From contig CAISGE010000021.1 in the NCBI GenBank assembly GCA_903884815.1, forward strand, positions 64,448 through 128,447: a DNA stretch of 64,000 nt, written 5' to 3'. Shown piece by piece: positions 1 to 7,873 of the stretch. The position numbers and the translations under genes were made by a program. Under the pieces are notes generated by a model that saw nothing but the letters and a program-made list of their open reading frames with translations, made no database searches and was not told the origin of the DNA. Numbering within the stretch: position 1 is the first letter of the stretch; each line of letters starts with the position of its first letter. Source of the DNA: Candidatus Omnitrophota bacterium. GTDB lineage: Bacteria; Omnitrophota; Omnitrophia; Omnitrophales; Aquincolibacteriaceae.

Positions 1-427
1 CCTCGATCCCCCCGACAAAATCGATGACTTTCTTTTCGAAAGGATCATAGAACATGCCGTTGACCGTGAAATCGCGGCGGCGGGCGTCTTCTTCGGGCTG
101 GGTAAAAGAAACATGTGTGGGATGGCGGCCGTCCTGATACCCGCCTTCGCAGCGAAAGGTCGCAACCTCGAAGGAAATCTCATTTTCGATCACGATCATC
201 ACGCCGAATTGTTTACCCACAGGGATCGTCCGGCGAAAGATCTTTTCAACCTCTTCCGGAGTGGCGGTCGTGGCGATATCAAAGTCCCGCGGTGTTTGGC
301 TCATGAGATGATCACGGACGCAGCCCCCGGCAAAATAAACAATAAACCCACGATCTTTGAGTGTCCGGGCGATCGCGTATGCCGCCAGCCCTTTCGGTCC
401 ACTGAGGTCCATCGGTCCCGGATCCAT
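1..427 (-). CDS. tRNA nucleotidyltransferase / poly(A) polymerase family protein (CCA-adding enzyme-like), N-terminal part; gene continues past window start
   Basis: Minus-strand translation from ATG at 425-427 gives MDPGPMDLSGPKGLAAYAIARTLKDRGFIVYFAGGCVRDHLMSQTPRDFDIATTATPEEVEKIF.., showing the GGxVRD and DxD head-domain motifs of the CCA/PcnB family. It is absent from the ORF track because it runs off the edge. Confidence 0.7.
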   Translation of the reverse strand, partial: MDPGPMDLSGPKGLAAYAIARTLKDRGFIVYFAGGCVRDHLMSQTPRDFDIATTATPEEVEKIFRRTIPVGKQFGVMIVIENEISFEVATFRCEGGYQDGRHPTHVSFTQPEEDARRRDFTVNGMFYDPFEKKVIDFVGGIE

Positions 428-440
428 GTTTCTCCGAATG

Positions 441-767
441 TTAGACGCTGAAGAAATCGCGGGCCGCTTTATCCCCCGCCGCTTTTTGATAATCCAGATA
501 ATCGATGAGCAAAAGATCCGGACGCTTCTCCGCCAAACGCCTTGCCAGCTGAAACCTCTCGGAAGGATGCGTCTCAAGACGACGGCTCGCGATATATTTG
601 AAAACCGTCCCACACTCCGGGCAGGCCTTCGTATCATAAGCATTGATCCCGAGAGCGTTACAAGCGGCGCAATTGCCCGTCAGATCCCCGATGATGAGAA
701 GATTTTTTTTGACTTCTTCAAGTTGGAATGACTTGTAAGTACGCAGGTAATGCAGGGCCACAAACAC
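441..767 (-). CDS. hypothetical small protein with CxxC...CxxC zinc-ribbon-like motif
   Basis: 108-aa ORF containing GNCAACNALGINAYDTKACPECG. It is co-oriented with and tightly spaced to flanking genes. No family recognised. Confidence 0.45.
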   Translation of the reverse strand: MFVALHYLRTYKSFQLEEVKKNLLIIGDLTGNCAACNALGINAYDTKACPECGTVFKYIASRRLETHPSERFQLARRLAEKRPDLLLIDYLDYQKAAGDKAARDFFSV

Positions 768-778
768 GCTCCGATAGT

Positions 779-1282
779 TTACTTTTTAAAGACAAGATCC
801 CCCGCGCGAACACGCGATTTCACCTCAACACCAAAGTCATCCCCCTTCTTGGCGATCATGACCGGCTTGTGATCGATTTGCATCGAGACAACCTTTTCCT
901 TAAAATCGGTGGTATGCCCCTTAAAGTGCAACTCATCTCCGATACGTATTTCGCCGATCTTGATCCGGAGCACCGCGGCATTCACGTGCGGGAAATAGTG
1001 CGTCACTTCCGCCGTTGGAAAGGCTGCCAGAGCCGACTTGACCATCCGCGGCAATTTCTTAGCCTTCTTTTTTGGGGCGGGCTTAACGATTTTCTTTTTA
1101 GCGGCCTTCGCCTTGGCTTTGGGAGCGACTTTCTTTTGAGTTTTCTTGGCCACCGGCTTCGCCGCTTTTTTCTTAGCCGATCCGGCTACCTTCTTGGAAG
1201 GAGTTTTAGCCTTAGACTTCACCGTCTTCTTAGGTTGAGAAGAACCGAAAAGCGCCTTGCCGAGTTTCTTGAGAAATTTCAT
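779..1282 (-). CDS. Lys/Ala-rich histone H1-like protein with C-terminal beta-barrel (EF-Tu domain-2-like) domain
   Basis: 167 aa. The N-terminal 80 residues are AKKKAAKPVAKKTQKK-type H1-like repeats. The C-terminal ...RIKIGEIRIGDELHFKGHTTDFKEKVVSMQIDHKPV..AKKGDDFGVEV resembles translation-factor domain 2. A GGAGG sits 6 nt upstream of the ATG at 1282. Confidence 0.6.
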   Translation of the reverse strand: MKFLKKLGKALFGSSQPKKTVKSKAKTPSKKVAGSAKKKAAKPVAKKTQKKVAPKAKAKAAKKKIVKPAPKKKAKKLPRMVKSALAAFPTAEVTHYFPHVNAAVLRIKIGEIRIGDELHFKGHTTDFKEKVVSMQIDHKPVMIAKKGDDFGVEVKSRVRAGDLVFKK

Positions 1283-1321
1283 GATTCTCCTCCTTGAAAA
1301 TCTTGCGCTGCAAATTGAAAG

Positions 1322-2404
1322 TTAAAGTTCTTTTTCCAGCACGATCTCTTTAGGCGCCCCACCCGTTACCTGCGTCTGATGTTGCTCGAGAACGTTGAGC
1401 CGGTTACGGAGCTTCTGGAACCGTTGTTCGGTCTTTTCATACGCGGTCCGGGCATGACCCAAATGACCGCCGATCTTTTCAAAATCAGTAAGACATTGCC
1501 CAAGATCCACTTCCAACTGGCCCAAATTCTCCAGGATGATCTGCGCCGATCGCTCGATCCGCATCCCCTTGAGCCCTCGGACGATCGCCTGCAAATAGGC
1601 ATAAAAACTGTTCGGCGAGACCGGGATCACCTTACGCTTCATGGCGTACGCCGAAAGACTTTCGTTCTGAGCGTCATCTTTAATGATCGTCTCATAATAA
1701 ATGCTTTCCGAAGGGATATACATCAACGCGAACTCAAACGTGCCCTCTTCCGGCAAAATGTATTTCGAACCGATATCGTCGATGTGTTTTTTGACATCCT
1801 TCCAGAACACTTTGCGTGCCTCCGCCTGTTTTTCGTCACTGCCCGCTTCCAGAATCCTTTTGAAATTCTCCAGAGGGAATTTCGCATCCACCGGGATCAG
1901 CCCGTCGCCGAGACGGATGATCGCGTCAACCTGAGAGCCGTTCGCGAAGCGATACTGAAGGGAAAAATGATCTTCTGGAAGTATCTGCCGCAAAAGCTCC
2001 GCCAGCAAAAATTCCCCCATACCACCGCGTAGTTTCGGGGCGCGGAGAATATCATGGAGTGAGGAAATGTCTTTCCCGATATCCATCATGGATTGTGTCG
2101 CGTGCTGAAGGACCCCCAGCCGATGCTGAACATCGCCCATCACTTGCCGATAGCTCTGCTGATTGTCCTGAAGGAACTGGGCATTCTGCTTCATCTGATC
2201 GTTCATCTGACGGGAAAGTGTCGAGATCTGATCTTGAAGCGTGGTATTGAGACTATGAAGTTCCTGCTGAAGTTGAAGGAAAGGTTGGAAGGTCTTCACA
2301 TCGGCGGCCGGGGCCTTGATCAGACGCTGAAAGATCCAGAGTGCCGCGGCAAAACCGCAGAAGGACACCGCAACGGAGATCATGATCAAATAGGGCGCGC
2401 TCAT
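1322..2404 (-). CDS. rmuC: DNA recombination protein RmuC
   Basis: 360 aa with an N-terminal TM helix, a long coiled-coil region and a conserved RmuC C-terminal nuclease-like region (..KYILPEEGTFEFALMYIPSESIYYE..). Confidence 0.85.
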   Translation of the reverse strand: MSAPYLIMISVAVSFCGFAAALWIFQRLIKAPAADVKTFQPFLQLQQELHSLNTTLQDQISTLSRQMNDQMKQNAQFLQDNQQSYRQVMGDVQHRLGVLQHATQSMMDIGKDISSLHDILRAPKLRGGMGEFLLAELLRQILPEDHFSLQYRFANGSQVDAIIRLGDGLIPVDAKFPLENFKRILEAGSDEKQAEARKVFWKDVKKHIDDIGSKYILPEEGTFEFALMYIPSESIYYETIIKDDAQNESLSAYAMKRKVIPVSPNSFYAYLQAIVRGLKGMRIERSAQIILENLGQLEVDLGQCLTDFEKIGGHLGHARTAYEKTEQRFQKLRNRLNVLEQHQTQVTGGAPKEIVLEKEL

Positions 2405-2410
2405 GAAAGT

Positions 2411-2438
2411 ATTATACCCAAATCAGACCGAAGACCAA
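2411..2438 (-). promoter_or_regulatory. candidate sigma70-type promoter for rmuC (TTGGTC-N16-TATAAT), predicting a leaderless or very short-leader transcript
   Basis: On the minus strand a perfect TATAAT (rc of 2411-2416) ends 6 nt before the rmuC ATG (2404). TTGGTC lies 16 nt upstream. Confidence 0.25.
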
Positions 2439-2480
2439 AGACTATAGACTCCCTATAGCTTTGGCCTCCGGTCTTCAACT

Positions 2481-4283
2481 CTATTTAATGAACGTGATGT
2501 TGATATCCTCGCGATGCGCGGCGGGCTCAGAATAAACCGAGATACGGCTGCCGGTACTTTTTTCGAGATACCTGAGGGCCTTCTTCTCCTGTTGGAGAAG
2601 CCGTTCGGCGACATCCGGATGCACATACGCGTTCACGATGCGGTCCCGGGAATCCTTGAGGGACTTGCGCAATTCGCGAATCACCTGGATCGCCATGGTC
2701 GCGGTGGACTTGATATTGCCTTTCCCTTCGCAGTACGGACAGGTGTCATAGACCGCACTCTCAAGGGACGGACGCATTCTCTGACGCGTCATCTGGATCA
2801 GCCCCAGTTCGGAGACCTGCACCAAATGGGTTTTGGCGCGATCCTTGCTCACCGCCTCTTTAAAAATATTAAAGAGACTGCGGCGGTGCTGGCCCTGCTC
2901 CATGTCGATAAAATCGATCACGACGATCCCGCCCACGTCACGAAGGCGCAATTGCCGCGCGATCTCCTGAGCGGCTTCGACGTTATTCTTATACACCGTC
3001 TCTTCCAGCCCTTTGCTATTGCCGGTGAATTTCCCGGTGTTCACGTCGATCGCCACAAGACTTTCAGTCTGCTCGATCACAATGGAACCGCCGGACTTCA
3101 GCTGAACATTTTTCTGAAATGTACGCTCGATCTCTTTTTCAAGCCCGTGCCGCTCAAAGAGACTTCCCTTTTCCTTGGCAAACTCGATATTCAGATCCTG
3201 CCCCGGCATGTAGACAGAAGTGAATCGCTTGAGCTTCTTGTAGATCTCCGGGTGGTCCACCACGATCTTGGTGGTTTCCTCATTCACATAATCGCGGACC
3301 ACGCGCTCCACAAGCCCGAGCTCCTGGTGAATCATAACCGGCGCTTTCTTGGCCGAGATGAGGCCGTGGATCTTTTTCCAAAGACGGAGCAGATAACGGA
3401 TGTCGCGCGTGAAATCGGCATCGCTCTTTCCTTCGGCGTTCGTCCTTACAATGAAACCGACCCCTTTCGGGATCTCAAGACTCCTGAAAATGCCGCGAAT
3501 ACGTTCACGCTCCGAACGGTTCTCCACACGCCGGGAAATACCGATCTTGGATTCCCCCGGCATCATGACAAGATAACGTGCCGGGATCGAAAACTGCGTG
3601 GTGAGACGCGGCCCCTTGGTCCCGAGCGGTTCCTTGACCACCTGGACAATGATCTTCTGCCCGACCTTGAGGACTTCTTCGATCCTGGGGCGGCGCTGAT
3701 GCTGAAACTCTTTTTGAGGCGCGTGCGATTGCGACGGCGGCTGATTCCGGCCACCGTGACGTCCACCGCGCTGATGCCTGCCACGCCCTCCGTCTCTGCC
3801 TCCACGCCTTCCGCCTCGTCCATGTTCCTGACCCGGGGCCTTCTCCGAAACGGGTCCCTGGCCTTGAACCGGAGCTTGCCCCTGGACGGGTGCCTCCGCC
3901 TGCATAGGAGCCTGCTGCCCCTCAACAACCTGAGGCTGTGCCGGTGCCGGTGATGGAACTTCCACGGAGACAGAACCGACAGGCTTGATTTCGCTTGCGA
4001 TACCTTCCGGCTTTTTTTCGTCCGGATCATCAAAATCCGCATCGAGATCCATCGGTGAGCGAAGCGCGTCCATCACATAAAGAAATCCGTCCTTGCCCGT
4101 CCCGATATCCACAAACGCGGCATCGATCCCCGGGATCACGGTCTTCACGACCCCTTCGTAGATATTCCCAAAGAGTTTGGTCGAGTCCCCTCGCTCAATA
4201 TAAAATTCTTCCAACCGCCCGTCCTCGAGAATGGCGACCTGTTTTTCGTTGGCGTCCTGCGAAATTAAAATTTGTCTTTCCAT
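2481..4283 (-). CDS. rng: ribonuclease G/E family endoribonuclease with a ~130-aa low-complexity RGG-rich insertion in the S1 region
   Basis: 600 aa. S1 domain (FGNIYEGVVKTVIPGIDAAFVDIGTGKDGFLYV), then a P/Q/A-rich and GRGGRRGGRDGGRGRHQRGGRHGGR segment, then the conserved RNase E/G catalytic core (VQVVKEPLGTKGPRLTTQ ... VAIDVNTGKFTG ... DVGGIVVIDFID) and a C-terminal Zn-link CPYCEGKG. Confidence 0.85.
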   Translation of the reverse strand: MERQILISQDANEKQVAILEDGRLEEFYIERGDSTKLFGNIYEGVVKTVIPGIDAAFVDIGTGKDGFLYVMDALRSPMDLDADFDDPDEKKPEGIASEIKPVGSVSVEVPSPAPAQPQVVEGQQAPMQAEAPVQGQAPVQGQGPVSEKAPGQEHGRGGRRGGRDGGRGRHQRGGRHGGRNQPPSQSHAPQKEFQHQRRPRIEEVLKVGQKIIVQVVKEPLGTKGPRLTTQFSIPARYLVMMPGESKIGISRRVENRSERERIRGIFRSLEIPKGVGFIVRTNAEGKSDADFTRDIRYLLRLWKKIHGLISAKKAPVMIHQELGLVERVVRDYVNEETTKIVVDHPEIYKKLKRFTSVYMPGQDLNIEFAKEKGSLFERHGLEKEIERTFQKNVQLKSGGSIVIEQTESLVAIDVNTGKFTGNSKGLEETVYKNNVEAAQEIARQLRLRDVGGIVVIDFIDMEQGQHRRSLFNIFKEAVSKDRAKTHLVQVSELGLIQMTRQRMRPSLESAVYDTCPYCEGKGNIKSTATMAIQVIRELRKSLKDSRDRIVNAYVHPDVAERLLQQEKKALRYLEKSTGSRISVYSEPAAHREDINITFIK

Positions 4284-4320
4284 GACCTTCTGATTCCTTT
4301 CGTTTGATCTATTAAGATAT

Positions 4321-4400
4321 CGTCATTCTGAACCCGCTGTGAGCAGGAGAAGAATCTCAGATCGAGATCCTTCGTCGTCTCATAGTGACGCAGGATGACA
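4321..4400. repeat. structured intergenic repeat element, copy A (termini GTCATTCTGA / TCAGGATGAC, inner hairpin GAAGAATCTC-N5-GAGATCCTTC)
   Basis: It shares four ordered 9-11-nt blocks with the element at 41967-42057. It lies 38-117 nt upstream of the rng start codon. Confidence 0.6.
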
Positions 4401-4569
4401 AAAACTCTGTTGGTTGCAATACGGATTCAATGATCGCGGAGGAAACTGCGGGACCCTTGCAGAGGCAAAGCTTCGTGGAAAGAGAGCGTCAACTATTCCG
4501 AGCCGAACCTAAAACGAACCCAAGGCGTGTCGAAAGCCTTCCAGAAGAACTCCAAAAACCGGCCTTGAA

Positions 4570-6213
4570 CTAAGCCGGCTTGTCCTTGTTCGTGTTGTCC
4601 GAGACTATTTTCTTCTCAGAATCCTTCAAGCCCGGCGCGGCATCCGCTGCAGCCGTTTTTGGCTGGGCCTGATCGTCTTTTGACTGGTTATTCTTCCCGT
4701 CAACTTTGGCGCCCGCAGGCTGTCCCTGCGAATCCACCGTAGTAACTGTTACAAAAAAGAGCGTTTCAACTTTGGCGTTCTCTGCCGCGTCCTGTCGTTT
4801 GGAACGGAATATTTTCCCGACTAAGGGAATATCCCCCAAATAAGGTACCTTATTTTCTGCTGAACCACTTTTATCTGTTAAGAGACCGCCGATCGCGATC
4901 GTTTGTCCGCTTTGGATCAAGACTTGTGTTTTTGCTTTGGTCGAAGTAAATGTCGGCGCCTGAATCTGACCTGTACCAAAATTCTGGTTCGGGCCTACAT
5001 CACTCACCTCGGGCGTCAGATCCACCAATATCTCATCGGCGGAATTAATGTGGGGTGTCACATTGAGCACCACACCTGTATTCCGATAACTAAAACCTGA
5101 AATGACCATACTCCCGGTCTGTTCATTCCTCTCAAAAGAAGGGATCGGGATTTCCTTACCCACCTGGATCGTTGCCATCTGATTATTGAGAACCGTGACC
5201 CGCGGATTGGAAACCACCTTCGCATCGCTTCTGGTTTCTAACAGCTGTAACATTGCCTTAAAACCCGTAAAATCCAGCGTTCCATAGTTAAACGTAGTAC
5301 CCGTCCCCGTTGCGACAGCAGGATTCGGAAATGCGTTATCATGCACAGGATTTACCGAGGCCTTATCAGACACGTCTTTTGTAATCGGATTAAGCGCAGC
5401 CCCTGCGAGAGTCGGGAAAAATTGTGTAGCGCTTGTAGGCATGCCCTGATCATTTTTAGTAAAAGGAAACGTAGTCGGGCGAGAAGATCCATTGAGGAGC
5501 CCTCCCGCGACATTCCAATCAATGCCCAGATTTTCCACATTAGAAAGATCCGTCCGAACGATCTTGGAATCGATAAAAGCTTGTTCCGTGACCTTGTCGA
5601 GTTTCTTGATCACTTCCCCGATCCTAAAAATATTGGTCGGAATATCAGTCACAACAAGCATGTTCGTACGCTCCGAGGTCTTCACCTTGCCGCGCTCACT
5701 CAACATATCCGTGATCGAGGCCTGGATTTCCGGAGCCTTGGAATAATTTAGAATGAAGGTCTTCGTCACGACCGGCTCAAGCTTCATTTTCTCGCGAGTC
5801 GTCACACGAATAATGTTTCCGTCCCGTTCATAGACATAATCGTAAGTCCTCAGGATGACTTCAAGCGCTTTATCCCAAGGCACGTTGTCAAGGCGCACGG
5901 TAACAAGCCCCGTCACTTCCGGACCGGTCACAATGTTAACATTACTCTTCATGCTGAGAACACGGAGCACGCTCCCGATATCCGCGTCCTTAAAATCCAG
6001 GCTGATCGTCTCACTGCTCGCCGAAGGGGTGACGGCCGCGACCGCAGGCGCAACAAGCGGCTGCACCACCACTTTCGAGGAAATCACCTCGCTCGCAACG
6101 GTCTTCTGAGTGGCTGCCGCCGGCGCGGGATCCGCCGCAAAAACAAAATCGCAAGGCAAAGAAAGGCAGAAAATACCCGCCAGAAGGATCAAAACACAGG
6201 ATGTTATTTTCAT
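4570..6213 (-). CDS. pilQ: type IV pilus secretin PilQ
   Basis: 547 aa with a signal peptide, N-terminal secretin N domains and a C-terminal secretin domain (..VVSNPRVTVLNNQMATIQVGKEIP..GVVLNVTPHI..VPYLGDIPLVGKIFRS..). It is last in the pilMNOPQ order. Confidence 0.85.
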   Translation of the reverse strand: MKITSCVLILLAGIFCLSLPCDFVFAADPAPAAATQKTVASEVISSKVVVQPLVAPAVAAVTPSASSETISLDFKDADIGSVLRVLSMKSNVNIVTGPEVTGLVTVRLDNVPWDKALEVILRTYDYVYERDGNIIRVTTREKMKLEPVVTKTFILNYSKAPEIQASITDMLSERGKVKTSERTNMLVVTDIPTNIFRIGEVIKKLDKVTEQAFIDSKIVRTDLSNVENLGIDWNVAGGLLNGSSRPTTFPFTKNDQGMPTSATQFFPTLAGAALNPITKDVSDKASVNPVHDNAFPNPAVATGTGTTFNYGTLDFTGFKAMLQLLETRSDAKVVSNPRVTVLNNQMATIQVGKEIPIPSFERNEQTGSMVISGFSYRNTGVVLNVTPHINSADEILVDLTPEVSDVGPNQNFGTGQIQAPTFTSTKAKTQVLIQSGQTIAIGGLLTDKSGSAENKVPYLGDIPLVGKIFRSKRQDAAENAKVETLFFVTVTTVDSQGQPAGAKVDGKNNQSKDDQAQPKTAAADAAPGLKDSEKKIVSDNTNKDKPA

Positions 6214-6310
6214 GAAGTTCTCCTGCCGCTTATCATATCATAGATACGCCGGGCACTGATCAATAAATTCACGCAGACAAGCTTTTGAACGCTGGCGGGA
6301 ACGAGTTTCA

Positions 6311-6667
6311 TTAGGAATTCCCCTCGCTACGGATCCAAAGCGTCTTATCTTCCCCTGCCACCGAGATCACCACATGATCCTTCAGGATCGCCTTGACCGT
6401 CGCCTCGCCCGCAGCTTCCCCGACCTGGTAAGTTTTTCCGTTCAAGATAGCCATCGATTTCGATCCCGGGTCATAAATGATCCCTTCCAATTTAAAACCT
6501 GAAGTGGAGGTGGCAGAATCGCCGCTCCCGTCATCCTTCAGGGCTACAAAGGGGTCCCGCCGCTTTCCGGAATCGTAGGTGACATCTTCCGCAAGAAGCG
6601 CGGACGTTCCGATACAAAAACAAAGCACGCATAAAGTCGAGACAGCCACCACTTTATTGCTTAACAC
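6311..6667 (-). CDS. pilP: type IV pilus assembly protein PilP-like
   Basis: 118-aa secreted/lipoprotein-like protein between pilO and pilQ. Its size and position are typical of PilP; its sequence similarity to PilP is weak. Confidence 0.6.
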   Translation of the reverse strand: MLSNKVVAVSTLCVLCFCIGTSALLAEDVTYDSGKRRDPFVALKDDGSGDSATSTSGFKLEGIIYDPGSKSMAILNGKTYQVGEAAGEATVKAILKDHVVISVAGEDKTLWIRSEGNS

Positions 6668-7298
6668 TTTTTTCTCCCGCTGCCGGTGCTTTGACCGCCG
6701 AGGGCGGAGGCACCACGAAAGCCCAAATTTTCAGCCCGGTAATATGTCGTTCGGGCGATTTCTCCGAAGCCACGATACGGAGACTCTGTATCCTCAAAAG
6801 CTTCTCATTCCCTTCAATGCGGCTCGCCAGATAGGCGATATCATGATAGCCGCCCTGCACGGTAAACTCATAACCGCTTGGCTGGTACTTGGCGCCGTAG
6901 GGCGCGGGAAACACCGTCTGCTCCGTCATCGGCTTAGAGGCAAGCACATCGACGCGTGATTCACTGGCCTTCTTTGAAACCTGGCCCAGCAAGAGCCCTA
7001 ACTCATCCTGCGTAAAAACACGCACCCGGGTCTTTTCGATCAACGCTCCTAAGATCTTTTCATCCTTTTCCCAACCAGCGCGCTTCTGACTGAGCGCGTT
7101 AACCTGTCGGATCTGAGCCTGCATGCTTTCCACATCGCGCCGAAGCAACGGACGCTCGATCCACGCCGGGAAGACCAGAAAAACGATCACAAGAAAAAAA
7201 ACAACGGAACCAATAGCCACCGCCACCCAGGTCTTTTTATCGACACGTTTGGCAAATTCTATAACTTCACCGGTCGTCCATTGATTGGGCATCTTCAT
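6654..7298 (-). CDS. pilO: type IV pilus assembly protein PilO
   Basis: Single N-terminal TM helix, coiled coil, position after pilN. Start placed at the ATG at 7296-7298, which overlaps the pilN TGA stop (ATGA coupling). The ORF-track start at 7319 would overlap pilN by 25 nt. Confidence 0.75.
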   Translation of the reverse strand: MKMPNQWTTGEVIEFAKRVDKKTWVAVAIGSVVFFLVIVFLVFPAWIERPLLRRDVESMQAQIRQVNALSQKRAGWEKDEKILGALIEKTRVRVFTQDELGLLLGQVSKKASESRVDVLASKPMTEQTVFPAPYGAKYQPSGYEFTVQGGYHDIAYLASRIEGNEKLLRIQSLRIVASEKSPERHITGLKIWAFVVPPPSAVKAPAAGEKSVKQ

Positions 7299-7873
7299 GT
7301 TTTCGCAGTGATTCCCCATTCAAAATCCGCTGAAAAAGAGGTTCCCTCGACCTTGGACGAGGTTTGTTTGGAAGTCGTCAACATCAAGGTTGCTTTGGGC
7401 GGTAATTGCCTTTTCAACTTTTGCAAGAATTCCTCGATCTGTTCGATCCCCGTTTGCGTGCGAGAAGGCAACACCACTCCCTTCAGGGTCAAGTGAAAAC
7501 CCGCCCCCACTCGCTCTGCCGAAAGTTCTGTGAGCCATCCTTTGGACGGCAGGTATTCATTCACCCAAGATAGCATCCGGGTCATGGATTCTGTGTTGAA
7601 AACATTATTCTCAAGAAATTCCTTTTCGCCCTTCATTTCGATCTCGATCTTTTTTTCCAGCGCCTTAAGTTGCCCCATGAGAGGGTTCAAGCGAAGCCAC
7701 TCCTTGTGGACCTCCTGGTAAGAGGAACGGGCACGAAGGTAATCGCCGTAGAAAAAAAGCGTCAGAAGAAGAAAAAGGACCCCTCCGAGGATCGCAAAAG
7801 GAATATACGGGACACGCGTCGCGGAGGTCTTCGCCTTCCGGAGTTCGTGGGGTAAAAGATTGATCTTGATCAT
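7295..7873 (-). CDS. pilN: type IV pilus assembly protein PilN
   Basis: Starts MIKINLLPHELRK, the hallmark PilN N-terminus (INLLP motif that binds PilM), followed by one TM helix. It overlaps pilM by 4 nt. Confidence 0.8.
   Translation of the reverse strand: MIKINLLPHELRKAKTSATRVPYIPFAILGGVLFLLLTLFFYGDYLRARSSYQEVHKEWLRLNPLMGQLKALEKKIEIEMKGEKEFLENNVFNTESMTRMLSWVNEYLPSKGWLTELSAERVGAGFHLTLKGVVLPSRTQTGIEQIEEFLQKLKRQLPPKATLMLTTSKQTSSKVEGTSFSADFEWGITAKT

Noticed and set aside
2514-3953. 479-aa plus-strand ORF (and similar long plus-strand ORFs at 13683-14960, 19230-20264, 24410-25498, 32819-34033, 39635-40972, 55876-56973, 58693-60555)
   Set aside because: Each lies entirely antisense to a well-conserved minus-strand gene (rng, pilB, rimO, LCAT-like, mlaF/mlaE, sulfatases). 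The translations are Arg/His/Leu-rich without recognisable motifs. This is typical GC-rich antisense ORF noise.
4385-4573. 62-aa plus-strand ORF in the rng-pilQ intergenic region
   Set aside because: No RBS, no homology signal. It overlaps the structured repeat element and the pilQ 3' end; most likely non-coding.
4559-4578. Hairpin CCGGC-N10-GCCGG followed (minus strand) by TTTTT at the pilQ stop
   Set aside because: Only a 5-bp stem with a 10-nt loop that contains the stop codon; too weak to call a terminator confidently.
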